Part shown: positions 41,941-52,092 of the stretch, piece by piece
Layout: the number at the start of each line of letters is the position of its first letter
How positions within the stretch are numbered: the first letter of the stretch is position 1
Origin: Pelagomonas calceolata
Taxonomy: Eukaryota
DNA: 64,000 nt
NCBI GenBank assembly: GCA_918797485.1
Contig: CAKKNE010000002.1
Location: 806,001 to 870,000, forward strand
Reading direction: 5' to 3'
Made by a program: the position numbers and the translations under genes
Notes under the pieces: generated by a model
Told to the model about the DNA's origin: nothing
Database searches by the model: none
The model's input: the letters and a program-made list of their open reading frames with translations, nothing else

Positions 41941-43158
41941 ATGGCGAGCGCACGTGATGCCGCGAGCAAGTTGGAGCAGTCGCGTGCTGCCGTGAGGCGG
42001 CTAAATCAAGACCTGGAAGACATGGGCCTTGACACCAAGATGACGCACTACGTTGCGGGGCAGCCTTTCACGGCGGAAATGCCCGAGGACACGCTCGTCA
42101 GGGTGGGAGCCCTCATGACGCCCAAATGCGGGGGCTGCGGCAGGGTGGACGAGCAGCGGGCGTTCCTCAAGTGCGCCGGTTGCAAGGTCACGCTCTACTG
42201 CTCGCGAGCCTGCCAGAAGAAAGACTGGAAAACGCACAAACCGAATTGCAAGTCGATTCGGCGCCTCCGCAAGTCGGAGGCGCCGACGACCGCCGACGGC
42301 GCCTACACGTTCGAGGGCCTCGCGTTCCTCTACCAGGAGCACGCCATGTCGAAGGTCCAGGGATCAAAAATGATGGAATTCGCGCACACCGAGCAGGCGA
42401 CCGGTCGACGGAGCGGCCTCTGGCCACCTCTGTGGAACTTGAAGGGTCGCGCCGGGCCGATCTCCGGACGTCGTGAAGTTCTCGCGGCGGCTGGTCTCCC
42501 GGGCGTGCCGGACATCCTGAATAATCCGCCCGACGCGTTGAAGGCGCCGCCGAACGACGCTGGCGCGACGGCGCTGAGGGCCGGCGGGCACTGGCAGGAG
42601 CTGCAGCTGCGCCACTTCGGCCCGACGGCGCCGTCGGGCGTGGCGGCGTCCTCCTGGGAGGACATGTACGAAAGGTGCCGCGAAGCCAGTCGCCAGCATC
42701 CCCTCAGGTGGATCGAAGGATTCGTTCTTCGGCCCTTCGTGAATCGCTTCGTCTGGTTCCGCCTCCCTGGCAAGTCCGGGCTACATCAACCCAACCAAAA
42801 GCTACTTGATCGCATCGCCTTCGACGGGCCGGTGCTTCGCCTGGACCAGGCGGCCTACGAGCGCGCGCACGCGGGCACAGAATTCGGCAATCCGGCGCCC
42901 GAGGTCCCGTACGGCCCGTGTAGCATCGCGGCGCCCCAGGGACAGGACTACTTCACCATCGAGCAGTTCGCCTGCGCGCTGCACGCGTATTATTTCCGGA
43001 CGCTCAAGCCGGACGGTTCCCCCGCAAAGAACATGGGCTTTCCCCAAAAGCCCGGCGGCGGGGACTTCTTCGCCATCGGCAGAATCGCGCCCGTCGACGA
43101 CGCCCTCGTGAAAGGAGCCTCCTATCCCGACGCGGTCTACGGCTGTACGTGGGTATGA
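41941..43158 (+). CDS. MYND zinc-finger protein
   Basis: CGGC..CAGC..YCSRACQKKDWKTHKPNC. Confidence 0.85.
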   Translation: MASARDAASKLEQSRAAVRRLNQDLEDMGLDTKMTHYVAGQPFTAEMPEDTLVRVGALMTPKCGGCGRVDEQRAFLKCAGCKVTLYCSRACQKKDWKTHKPNCKSIRRLRKSEAPTTADGAYTFEGLAFLYQEHAMSKVQGSKMMEFAHTEQATGRRSGLWPPLWNLKGRAGPISGRREVLAAAGLPGVPDILNNPPDALKAPPNDAGATALRAGGHWQELQLRHFGPTAPSGVAASSWEDMYERCREASRQHPLRWIEGFVLRPFVNRFVWFRLPGKSGLHQPNQKLLDRIAFDGPVLRLDQAAYERAHAGTEFGNPAPEVPYGPCSIAAPQGQDYFTIEQFACALHAYYFRTLKPDGSPAKNMGFPQKPGGGDFFAIGRIAPVDDALVKGASYPDAVYGCTWV

Positions 43159-43166
43159 TAAGTCTC

Positions 43167-44831
43167 TTAGTCCATGTCGTCCACCGGAGCAACAGGCGCC
43201 TGCTGCGTCTCCGTCATCCAGGCCGGTCGGTTGTCGACGCCGCGGCCCGCCCCGTTCGGTGGAGGCGGCGGCGGCGCCAGCACGATCGGCGGCGCGGCCG
43301 CGACGCCGCCGATGCCCGCGACGCCGGCCGCGACGGCCTGGGCCGCGAGGACCCCTCCTGATGGCTCCAAGGACGGAGCAGCTGCCTCAGGAGCCGGCTC
43401 CACCGGCGGTAATGGAGTGGAGTCGAACCTTTTCTCCTTAAATAAGTCCTCTGGATAATAACCGGCCAGTATGGTTTTGCCATTCAGACTCCGATCCGCG
43501 AAGGCCTCGATGGCTTGTTCAGCAAATAATTCATCCCCAAAACGCACGAAGATGGACCCTTGGGCTTCGTGCTTGTCGTCGCCGTCCGGGCGCGGGATTT
43601 CCACGGCGTCGACGTCGCCGTAGGTCCCGCACTCTGTTAATACGTCATCTACTAGCTCAGCGTACAACTCGTCGTCCTGCAGGTCCTCCTCAAGGACAGC
43701 GTTCCGCAGGTGGACGACTCGAGTCCGTTGCTCGGGATCGTGAGGCGGTGGTTTCGGCCGCTCACCCGTCTTCGTCGGAGCCATCAGCGTCGTGATCATC
43801 TGCGGCGGGACTCTTTGAACAACAAGCTTCACGTCGCCCAGTTGCCGCCCATTGAGCCCGCCGATCGCGTTCGACGCCGCGATGTCAACTTCATATTTAA
43901 AGACAGCAGCACCCTTAAATGCTCCCGTGTCGTCCTTCAGCAAATTGAACTCCGCTAAACTCCCAAAGGGGCAGATGAGTTTCTTCACGTCGAGTTCCTC
44001 GAGAAAACATGGTAAATTCAGGAGCATGAGGACGTTGCTGCGAGCCATCAGCGGGTTGAGAGACGCGGGATTCCCCGCGCCAAACGCGCCCATGGTCGGC
44101 AGCGGTTGGCTGAGTCCATCACCGTAGTTCTTCGGTCGGCCCAGCTTCAACTCCTCCTCGTTCCATTGTATTCCATCTAGTTTGAGTAAATCATCAGTCT
44201 CTTCGACGGATCGTAACTCAAGAAATGCGGTCGATCCGTCTTCGGCGACCCAGCAGTTCGAGATGGCTCCCTTACAGGAAGGCTTGCACGTTGTTAATGC
44301 AGCATCTAAGAACGCTCTCACGTGTTGCGAGGTGCAGCCATAGGGAACGTTCTTGACGTACAGTTCGCGTTTGGGTTTATTGGACTGCAACGTGGCCGTG
44401 GCCGTGGCCGTCGCGGCGGATTGGGCCGCTAAAGCTAGGCCCTGGGCGGCGCCGCCGCCGCCGACGGCCGGGGCGCTCGCGACGCCGCCCAATTGCGCAC
44501 CGAGCGCACCTTGAAAGGCTAAAGCCTGGCCGGACTGGGCCATGTTCATGCCGGCCATCTGCTTCATGATCTGGAGTTTCGCGAGAGCCTCTTGCACGGA
44601 GAGGTTCGGGTTTTCTCGCATGACCACCGTGAGCGACAACCCTTGCGGCACGCCCACTATGTTTTCGTCGTCGCTCGAGTCGCTCCGCCGCCTCCTACGT
44701 TTCTCCTCGGGCCGCGCGTCGGGCATGCCGTCGCCGCGCCGCCGCCGTCTTCCTCTACTCCGCGAGCGGTCCCTTCGTCGGCGGCCGCGGCTTCGTGACC
44801 TGCTGTCTCGTCTTCTTCGGTCGCCGCCCAT
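43167..44831 (-). CDS. U2AF2: Splicing factor U2AF large subunit-like
   Basis: N-terminal RS domain, two RRMs, UHM TRVVHLRNAV..DDVLTECGTYGDVDAVEIPRP. Confidence 0.85.
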   Translation of the reverse strand: MGGDRRRRDSRSRSRGRRRRDRSRSRGRRRRRGDGMPDARPEEKRRRRRSDSSDDENIVGVPQGLSLTVVMRENPNLSVQEALAKLQIMKQMAGMNMAQSGQALAFQGALGAQLGGVASAPAVGGGGAAQGLALAAQSAATATATATLQSNKPKRELYVKNVPYGCTSQHVRAFLDAALTTCKPSCKGAISNCWVAEDGSTAFLELRSVEETDDLLKLDGIQWNEEELKLGRPKNYGDGLSQPLPTMGAFGAGNPASLNPLMARSNVLMLLNLPCFLEELDVKKLICPFGSLAEFNLLKDDTGAFKGAAVFKYEVDIAASNAIGGLNGRQLGDVKLVVQRVPPQMITTLMAPTKTGERPKPPPHDPEQRTRVVHLRNAVLEEDLQDDELYAELVDDVLTECGTYGDVDAVEIPRPDGDDKHEAQGSIFVRFGDELFAEQAIEAFADRSLNGKTILAGYYPEDLFKEKRFDSTPLPPVEPAPEAAAPSLEPSGGVLAAQAVAAGVAGIGGVAAAPPIVLAPPPPPPNGAGRGVDNRPAWMTETQQAPVAPVDDMD

Positions 44832-45027
44832 GGCTTATTTCGTGTTTATGCGCTATCGCGGCGGCTCGCGGCGACGGCGTGGATCTGCTTTGGCACGGCT
44901 GCTGGAGTCGTATAGATGTGAGCGCTGCAGGAGCGTGTTGTTCGCAGTGAAAGCACCAATTATAACCACAGCGAGCGTACGGTGTCGTGCCTAGCGCTGC
45001 GTAATCGACTTGCGCGCCGCACCGCGA

Positions 45028-45051
45028 GCTAGCGGCATGTAAGACACTAGC
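45028..45051 (-). promoter_or_regulatory. GCTAG-box upstream motif
   Basis: Reverse complement gctagtgtcttacatgccgctagc, in a divergent region. Confidence 0.78.
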
Positions 45052-45222
45052 AATCGAAGCCTCTCAGGTCGACCCGCCTCTACATCGCATACGTGCCTTG
45101 GTGTGATTGTGACGCGGCTCACTGTCTCCCTAGACGCGCTCCGCAGCCTGTGGAACCGCTGAGTTGAGAACAACAGCCAGCGAGGCAACAAAAGCCACGA
45201 GACGCCAATCGCCGCGACAGCC

Positions 45223-46661
45223 ATGACTGCGTCGAACCCGCGCAAGACCGAGGCCGACGCCTTGTATCGGAAGAAGAAGTACGGCGAAGCCGCCACGGCT
45301 TATAGCGCCGCTTTAAAACTGGAACCGCATAACGAGAAGATCTATTCCAATCGCGCCGCGTGCTGCGAGCAATTGTGTAAAGAACTCTGGGGCCCGGAGA
45401 AGCAGGGCTGGTTGACGTGCGGGCTGGGGGATGCCCGCAAGTGCCAGGAGTTAGCCCCGGAGTGGCCCAAGGCCCACGCGCGCGTCGTGGCGGCGTGCGT
45501 CCAGAAATGTAGCCACGAAAAAGATAGCGCCTGGGAGCGCGACGATTATGATGAAGAGGCGGCAGCGCGGTCGATTGGTAAGATCGCGGGTCCCTCGTCC
45601 CAGATCTTTTCTAGGAGTTGTCGGGAGGAATGCTCCGCTCTGAAACGCGAGGCCGAAGATGCCTGTAGGAGAGGATTGGCATATGACGCGTCGGACTTGT
45701 ACTTGCGAGCGGCTTTGAATAAATTAAGGGACGACGCCGACTATGTCGTACGTAAAGAAGATTCGTATCCATCGGGCAAGTACGCTTCCGATGCGTCCTT
45801 GCAGAAGACGGAGCCCGCCGGGCGCTTGAAGCAGAAGGGCAACGACTTGTTTGAGAAGAAGATGTATCCGCAAGCCGAAAAGGCCTATAGCGATGCTCTA
45901 GCCTTCGATCCCTTGGATGCCGTGCTGTACTCCAATAGATCAGCATGTCGAGTCCATCAAGATGAATATAGAGGAGCTTTAAGGGACGCGGAGAAGTGCG
46001 TCACATATAACCCGGACTGGGCCAAGGGCTATTTGCGCGTGGCGAACGCGTTGTTCGGCCTGGGGGATTACGTCGGCGCGGAGCAGGCTTGTATGAGAGG
46101 GTTAGCCATCGACCCGGACCATTCGGCACTGTCCAAGCTCAAAATACGTCTGAAGGTCGAAACGAAGGAGCCCCTGGAGGTGCAGCGGGAGATGCATAGA
46201 CTGAGGGAGGACCAGCGCCACCGCGGGTCCCTGAAAAAGACCCTGAAAGGCCTCCGGGAGCACGGCGGCGGCGCGGGGCCCGACATCTCCAAGGGCATCG
46301 AGGAGATGATGTCGAAGATGGGCATGCCTGTCACTGTGTGAAAATCAACCAGTGGGTTGGGTTTACGGGAACATCGTCGCGTCGATGGCGTGGAGCCTCC
46401 ACGCCATCGAGCAGACGCAGTTACGGGGACACCATCGCGTCGATGGCGTGGGGCGTCCGAAATCTGATTCCACACAGGCCGCCCGGCGTCGCGGGGATGG
46501 CTGGTTTGGATATGGCCAATTTACCCTCCGCGGCGGCGGACCAGCCCACGATGTCCGAGGCGCAGATGCGGCGGCACGCTCGGCATCGCGCGGGCGTGAA
46601 GCCTCCGCCTCCGCCTGACGGCGCGGTCGAGGTGGGGAGCGATGGGGCGTTTAACATGTGA
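45223..46661 (+). CDS. STI1/HOP-like TPR protein; 2 exons (45223-46325, 46478-46661)
   Basis: YSNRAAC, KQKGNDLF..LYSNRSAC..PDWAKGYLR. Confidence 0.8.
46326..46477 (+). mobile_element. TIR introner intron (152 nt, GC donor)
   Basis: gcctgtca (8 nt) + ctgtgtgaaaatcaa ... ctgattccacacag; the frame is restored only with the GC donor. Confidence 0.8.
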
Positions 46662-46760
46662 TAGGCTACTTGTACCGATGAATTCTTCTCAGGCTCAGGC
46701 TAGTTACGTCGCGCCCCCCCCCGTACCCCTTTTTTGGCTCAGGCTCCGTTACGTTTTCCG

Positions 46761-46782
46761 GCTAGTGTCTTACCACGCTAGC
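46761..46782 (+). promoter_or_regulatory. GCTAG-box upstream motif
   Basis: gctagtgtcttaccacgctagc, 70 bp upstream of ATG 46853. Confidence 0.75.
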
Positions 46783-46852
46783 TCTGCTCTGCTTTGCTGT
46801 GCAAGCTCTGCCGAGCTCTCAGAGCAAACAACACAAAGCGAGTGTCAGTACG

Positions 46853-47428
46853 ATGCGTTGCCTCACAGTCCTGCTCGCAGCGTCGACGGCGTCGGCGCTG
46901 CAGCCGCATGCGCTCAAAAAACCTTGGAGAGCGCTTGGCAAGGCTGTCGCACCAGCACTCTTGGGCGTTGGCTGCCTCAGCAGCATTGCGGCACCGCCGG
47001 CGAACGCGGCGGACAAGCGCCAGATCGCGTCGATCACCGCTTCTGGTTTGGTCTTCAAGGACAAGCTCATCGTGGACGCCTTCGCCGATCCTAAAGTCGA
47101 GGGCGTCACGCTCTACGTGTCGGACTTCGAGCGGCCCGTCGTGGAACGCGTCCAGAAGGACTTCTTCTCGGACCCGTCGCAGAGTGGCCTCGCGTGCTCG
47201 CGCCGCGCGGCGCCGCTCAAAGTCGGCAACGTCGACACGAGCGCCGAGGGCGAAGACGTCGTCAGCGAAGCCAAGTCGCTGCTGTTCAAGACGCTGCGCG
47301 TCAAGCGCATCGTCGACAAGGAGGCGAACGCCCTCGTGTACGTGTCTTACTCGACGCGTATCAACAAAGACGATGACTCCAACAAGGCGCGCTTCGCGTC
47401 GTCGCTGTGCACCGTCTCCATGGACTAG
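46853..47428 (+). CDS. creA: CreA-family protein with plastid (probably lumen) targeting
   Basis: DKLIVDAFADPKVEGVTLYVS..DPSQSGLAC..SLLFKTLRVKRI.D..LVYVSYS; ASA-L signal and ANA lumen-like site. Confidence 0.8.
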   Translation: MRCLTVLLAASTASALQPHALKKPWRALGKAVAPALLGVGCLSSIAAPPANAADKRQIASITASGLVFKDKLIVDAFADPKVEGVTLYVSDFERPVVERVQKDFFSDPSQSGLACSRRAAPLKVGNVDTSAEGEDVVSEAKSLLFKTLRVKRIVDKEANALVYVSYSTRINKDDDSNKARFASSLCTVSMD

Positions 47429-47466
47429 AATAATGTGATAACCGAGAGAATATTTTTTACAGAACC

Positions 47467-48114
47467 CTACGCCGACTCCGCCGGCGCCGGCTCCGGCGCG
47501 GGCGCCGGCGCAGATGCAGGCGCCGACGCGTGCTTGCCCATGAACTCGGCCATCCACTCGTCGGACGCGCCGAGCGAGCCGTAGAGCGACGGCGCGGGCC
47601 CGCGGAAGAAGACGAGCCGCGTGGCCGCGCCCGACGACGCCTGGATCGCGCCGAGGCACGCGTCGAAGTCCGCGCCCTTGACGGTGGTCCCGGCCACGGC
47701 CACGAGCTGGTCGCCCGCCTTTAGTGAGGCGTCGGCCTCGGCCGCGCCGCCCTCGGCCAGGGAGGCGACAAAAACGCCACCAGTCCCCGGGTCGTTCTCC
47801 TCGAAGACGATCCCCATCGGCTTCGGGAGGTCCACAAACACATAGTTCGACTCGTCCATGGAGTCCACGAAGTCGTCGGGCACGGCGAAGGCCTCGGCCT
47901 GGCCCTGGCTCTCGTCGCTGCGCACGTCGATGCCGAGCCACCGGTCGAACGGCGTCACGCGGTCCTCGTCGAGGATCGTCGTTTCCTGGCTGAACGCCTC
48001 CTTGACGCCGTCAAAGATGCCATGTCGTACCGTGAGCGGTGCAGCGGTCTGGCTCGGGGGCGCGACGAGGGCGGCCGCGCCGACGGCCGTCAGGGAGAGC
48101 GTCTTAAAGCCCAT
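47467..48114 (-). CDS. Plastid-targeted PDZ-domain protein
   Basis: LPKPMGIVFEE..GGVFVASL..LKAGDQLVAV. Confidence 0.8.
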   Translation of the reverse strand: MGFKTLSLTAVGAAALVAPPSQTAAPLTVRHGIFDGVKEAFSQETTILDEDRVTPFDRWLGIDVRSDESQGQAEAFAVPDDFVDSMDESNYVFVDLPKPMGIVFEENDPGTGGVFVASLAEGGAAEADASLKAGDQLVAVAGTTVKGADFDACLGAIQASSGAATRLVFFRGPAPSLYGSLGASDEWMAEFMGKHASAPASAPAPAPEPAPAESA

Positions 48115-48490
48115 GGTTCGCGCGCGTTGGCTGTTGCGCTGGACGAGGCAACGCTTTCGCACGTCTGGAACGTATGGAACGAGTTGCACCCGCGTCGACA
48201 GCGATTAGGGCGGTCTACGGGCCCGAGACGTCGCATCAACAAAAGCCACGCAATTTGGGTGCGGGTCTGCGATCGACGATTCCTCTTAAAACTCGTCGTG
48301 ACGGGTTCTGATTCGTCTCATGACGAAGGATAGGTACGTAAAAGCATCATTTTGCACCCTTAATTAATTCTTTGATTTGACTGGCTGCCCCAGGCCAACG
48401 AATGCAAATGCGCGGCGAGAACGCCGCGAATGTGGCAACCTGTAATGGTTCACCACCACTAACAATGCCGAAATCCACCACGGACCCGGC

Positions 48491-50605
48491 ATGAGAGCGC
48501 TGGGGCCGCGCGCCGCCTTGCTGCTGCTGCTCGCAGCCAGGTCGGCCGCACGCCGCTTGGACGACGGCGACTGCCACGACGTCTTCGGCAACTGCGCCGC
48601 CTACGTCGCCGCGGGCCACACGTGTGAAGCGAGCTTCTGTGAAGGCTGCGACTGGGCCGGGCAATGCGACGCGTACTGTGGTGTCTGTGGGGGCGAGTGT
48701 AGAGACACCTACGACCACTGCCAGGCGTTCATTTCTACATCAGAGGAAAGTTGTTCGGACTTGTTTTGTGAGGACTGCTCATTTAGCGGCTACTGCGACG
48801 CGTCGTGCGGCCTGTGCTACGTGCCGCCGTCGGCGGCGCCGACGCCGCAGCCCTCGGCCGTACCGTCGTCAAGGCCTTCCTTGAGACCGACGCGGGTCCC
48901 GACGACGGCGCCACCGACGTCGTCCATGCCTTCGGACCGGCCGAGTGTTTCGCCGACGACCGCGGCGCCGTCGTCGAAGCCGTCTTCACTACCTACGTTT
49001 GCGCCGACCGCACGACCGTCACCTGCGCCATCTCCACGCCCATCAGCGACGCCTTCGGTGCGGCCTACACTAACACCGTCGCGCGCGCCTTCCACGAGCC
49101 CGACGCTGCGGCCCACATTTGAGCCTTCATCAAAGCCAACGGCGACGCCGTCGACGGCTGCGCCCTCGCCGCGGCCCACGCCGGCCCCGTCGCCGGCCCC
49201 TTCGCCGTCGCCTTCATCGATGCCGACGACGCCCGCGCCCTCGTCGGAACCCACGGCTGCGCCAACGCCGCGGCCCACGACGCCGGCGCCGACGGCAGAG
49301 CCGGGCCACCCGACGGCGGCGCCCGTCCCGCGGCCGTCTCCCGGACCGTCCGCGGCGCCGACGCGGAGCCCCTCGCGACGGCCGACCCTCGTCCCCGTGC
49401 CCGTGCCGACGGCCGTGCCGTCGCCGGGACCGAGTGCCGCTCCGACTCTTGGGCCGACGCGAGGACCGAGCCCTCGGCCGACGACGCTCCGGCCGACGCC
49501 GCACCCGACGCCAGCGGCGGGCGATCCCACGGCGGCGCCGGTCGTCGCGCCGTCGCGGCCGCCGACCTCGCCGGAAGCGACGCACGCGCCGAGCCCGGGA
49601 CCGACGCAAACGCCGTCGCCCGGTCCGAGCCGCTCGCCGTCGCGCCAGCCGAGCGCCGCGCCGACGACGCCGGCGCCGTCGCGGCGCCCGACGCCGGCGC
49701 CGACGGCGCGGCCCGGCGACCCCACGGCCGCGCCCGCGCCGCTGCCGACGCTGACGCCGACGCCGCGCCCGTCGACCGTCGTGCCGACGCTCCTGCCTTC
49801 GGCCGCGCCCACTACGGAGCCCACGGCCGAGCCCACGGCCGAGCCGACCGCGGAGCCCACTTCGAAGCCGACAAGCGAACCGTCGGCCGCGCCCGCGCCC
49901 GCGCCGACGCTCGCGCCGACGACGCGGCCTCCGACCGTCGCGCCGGGCCGCCCGACGGCGCCTCCCGCCGCGAGTCCGACGGCGGCGCCCACGACGCTGC
50001 CGACCGCGCTTCCGACGGCCGAGCCGACGTCGGAGCCCACTCCTGAGCCGACGACTGAGCCGCCGACTGCGGAGCCTGCGGCCGAGCCCACGGCCGAGCC
50101 GACGACCGAGCGGCCTACGGCTGGGCCTTCGAGCGAGCCCACGGCCGAGCCAACGACCGAGCGGCCTACGCCTGCGCCCACGACGCCGCGGCCGACCACT
50201 GGCGAGCCGACGGCGCAACCGACGACGGCACAGCCGACGACCGGCGCGCCGACGACGGCCCGAGACGAACAAAACTCCTACGTCGCCGACAACAAGGAAG
50301 GGCCCCCGACGGCCGAGGAGGCGCGGGCCGGCGCCGGCGCGACGCTCGCCGCCGGGTCGTCGCTGCTCGTCGTCGTCGCGGTCGGCGCCGCCGCGGTCGT
50401 CCAGAAGCGCGACGACGTCAAGAGGAGGTGGGAGCGCGCGTCCTTCGGCTGGCTGCCGAGCCACGCGTGGTACGCGCACGCGGAGCCCGTCGACTTCCCC
50501 GGCGACGCGCGGCGCTGGTTCGCGTACGCGGAGCCGGCCACGCCGCTGGCGCGGGCGCGGCCGCTGGGCGTCGAGGCGGCGCCGTTGCTCACTACCGACG
50601 TGTAA
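48491..50605 (+). CDS. Cell-surface glycoprotein: signal peptide, two Cys-rich repeats, long PT/PS-rich stalk, TM anchor
   Basis: C..FC..C..G.CD..CG.C x2; PTAEP/PSAAP repeats; LLVVVAVGAAAVV. Confidence 0.85.
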   Translation: MRALGPRAALLLLLAARSAARRLDDGDCHDVFGNCAAYVAAGHTCEASFCEGCDWAGQCDAYCGVCGGECRDTYDHCQAFISTSEESCSDLFCEDCSFSGYCDASCGLCYVPPSAAPTPQPSAVPSSRPSLRPTRVPTTAPPTSSMPSDRPSVSPTTAAPSSKPSSLPTFAPTARPSPAPSPRPSATPSVRPTLTPSRAPSTSPTLRPTFEPSSKPTATPSTAAPSPRPTPAPSPAPSPSPSSMPTTPAPSSEPTAAPTPRPTTPAPTAEPGHPTAAPVPRPSPGPSAAPTRSPSRRPTLVPVPVPTAVPSPGPSAAPTLGPTRGPSPRPTTLRPTPHPTPAAGDPTAAPVVAPSRPPTSPEATHAPSPGPTQTPSPGPSRSPSRQPSAAPTTPAPSRRPTPAPTARPGDPTAAPAPLPTLTPTPRPSTVVPTLLPSAAPTTEPTAEPTAEPTAEPTSKPTSEPSAAPAPAPTLAPTTRPPTVAPGRPTAPPAASPTAAPTTLPTALPTAEPTSEPTPEPTTEPPTAEPAAEPTAEPTTERPTAGPSSEPTAEPTTERPTPAPTTPRPTTGEPTAQPTTAQPTTGAPTTARDEQNSYVADNKEGPPTAEEARAGAGATLAAGSSLLVVVAVGAAAVVQKRDDVKRRWERASFGWLPSHAWYAHAEPVDFPGDARRWFAYAEPATPLARARPLGVEAAPLLTTDV

Positions 50606-50820
50606 TGTTGTTGTTTGCTGTGTCTCCTGTTCGTTCCTGGGGGTCGCGGCGATGGCGTGTTCGTGGTCTTTTCTGTTATGGTGCTAGGACTAGTGGGCGG
50701 AGTCCCTGCCCAAGGCGGGGGGGAGACGCCGTCCGCGTCGCCGAATCATCGGCGGCGGGCGCGGGCCGCGTTTTTCATAACAGCATACCTCCTTCTAAGC
50801 AGAACCGCCTCGGCACTGAA

Positions 50821-50843
50821 CTAGCGAGCGTAAAGACACTAGC
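50821..50843 (-). promoter_or_regulatory. GCTAG-box upstream motif
   Basis: Reverse complement gctagtgtctttacgctcgctag, 140 bp upstream of PHB2. Confidence 0.65.
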
Positions 50844-50983
50844 GGCGTCTCCGAGTCGCCGTCGCAGTTGTGCTGAGGCTGTTCACGTACCACACAGCTG
50901 ATACCGCCTAGACTATACGCCATCGCCGCGTCATATCACAGAGATCATACCCAGCCACCAGCGACGACGCAGCATAAAACGCC

Positions 50984-51961
50984 ATGCGTGCCGCCACCTC
51001 AATCGCACGGAGCGCCCGGCGCGCCAGCCGCCGCTCGCTCGCGACGATGCGCGACCGCTTGAACGATTTGGGCAACCAGTTGCCGGGGGGGTTGCCGCAG
51101 GGCGGCCCGCCGTCGGGGTTAATCGGCGCCGTCGCCGGCGTGAGCGCGGTTGGGTACGTCGGGTATAACTCGGTCTTCACGGTCGAGGGCGGCCAGCGCG
51201 CGGTGTTATGGAGTAGGGTCCAGGGCGTCAAGCCTGCCGTGTATGGGGAGGGCATGCACCCGCGCATTCCGCTCATCGAGTACCCGGTTCACTTTGACGT
51301 CCGCACAAGACCTAGAAATGTCCAGTCGCTGACGGGGTCCAAAGATCTCCAGATGGTCAACGTTACTTTGAGAGTCTTGTTCTACCCGAACAAGCAGGAA
51401 TTGCCCTGGATCTACACGATGCTCGGCCACGATTACGACGACAGAGTATTGCCTTCGATCGTCAACGAGGTCACGAAGGCCGTCGTCGCGCGCTACAACG
51501 CGTCTGAATTATTGACGAAGCGCGAGGCGGTCTCGAACGAGATCAGATACGCTTTGACGAAACGCGCCGCGGATTTCAGAATTGTCCTCGACGACTTCGC
51601 CCTAACTCATCTGAGCTTCTCGAACGAGTACACGGCGGCCGTCGAGGCGAAGCAGGTCGCCCAGCAGGAGGCCGAGCGCGCGCGCTACGTCGTGGAGAAG
51701 GCCATCCAGGAGAAGAAGAGCATCATTGTGAAGGCCGAGGGCGAGGCCGAAAGTGCCAGACTGGTCGGCAAGGCCATCCAGGACAACCCGGGCTTCGTGA
51801 AGCTGCGCAAGATCGACACGGCGAAGGAGATCGCGACGACGGTGGCGCGGAACCAGGGCAAGGTCTACCTGAACTCGGACTCGCTCCTCATCAATGTCTT
51901 GGGAGAGAAGAACCTCGCCGACGACGAGACGAAAAAGGGGCGCGGCGGGTGGGGGCGCTGA
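50984..51961 (+). CDS. PHB2: Prohibitin 2
   Basis: FTVEGGQRAV, TGSKDLQMVNVTLRVL, RVLPSIVNEV, AVEAKQVAQQEAERA. Confidence 0.93.
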   Translation: MRAATSIARSARRASRRSLATMRDRLNDLGNQLPGGLPQGGPPSGLIGAVAGVSAVGYVGYNSVFTVEGGQRAVLWSRVQGVKPAVYGEGMHPRIPLIEYPVHFDVRTRPRNVQSLTGSKDLQMVNVTLRVLFYPNKQELPWIYTMLGHDYDDRVLPSIVNEVTKAVVARYNASELLTKREAVSNEIRYALTKRAADFRIVLDDFALTHLSFSNEYTAAVEAKQVAQQEAERARYVVEKAIQEKKSIIVKAEGEAESARLVGKAIQDNPGFVKLRKIDTAKEIATTVARNQGKVYLNSDSLLINVLGEKNLADDETKKGRGGWGR

Positions 51962-52092
51962 TCTTTCGCTGGTGGTGTAACTTGGAATACTAGTGTTGCG
52001 TCGACGGCGTTGGACGCCTCGTCGACGCGGAACTAAAGCGGTATAATATTACACGTTGAGAAAGCGGGGTTTGACGCGCGGAGCACCAACAT

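Noticed and set aside
41532..41969. N-terminal extension of the 1007-aa kinase ORF overlapping the MYND ORF
   Set aside because: It begins at a non-ATG codon and covers the divergent intergenic region; ATG 41531 and ATG 41941 give non-overlapping genes.
43167..46477. U2AF65 gene near introner-bearing genes as a functional cluster
   Set aside because: Introners are scattered throughout the window, so there is no evidence the proximity is meaningful.
48817..50479. Long antisense ORFs (460 aa Gly/Val-rich, 421 aa Arg-rich)
   Set aside because: They are shadows of the repetitive Pro/Thr-rich gene on the + strand; stops are rare in such GC-rich DNA.
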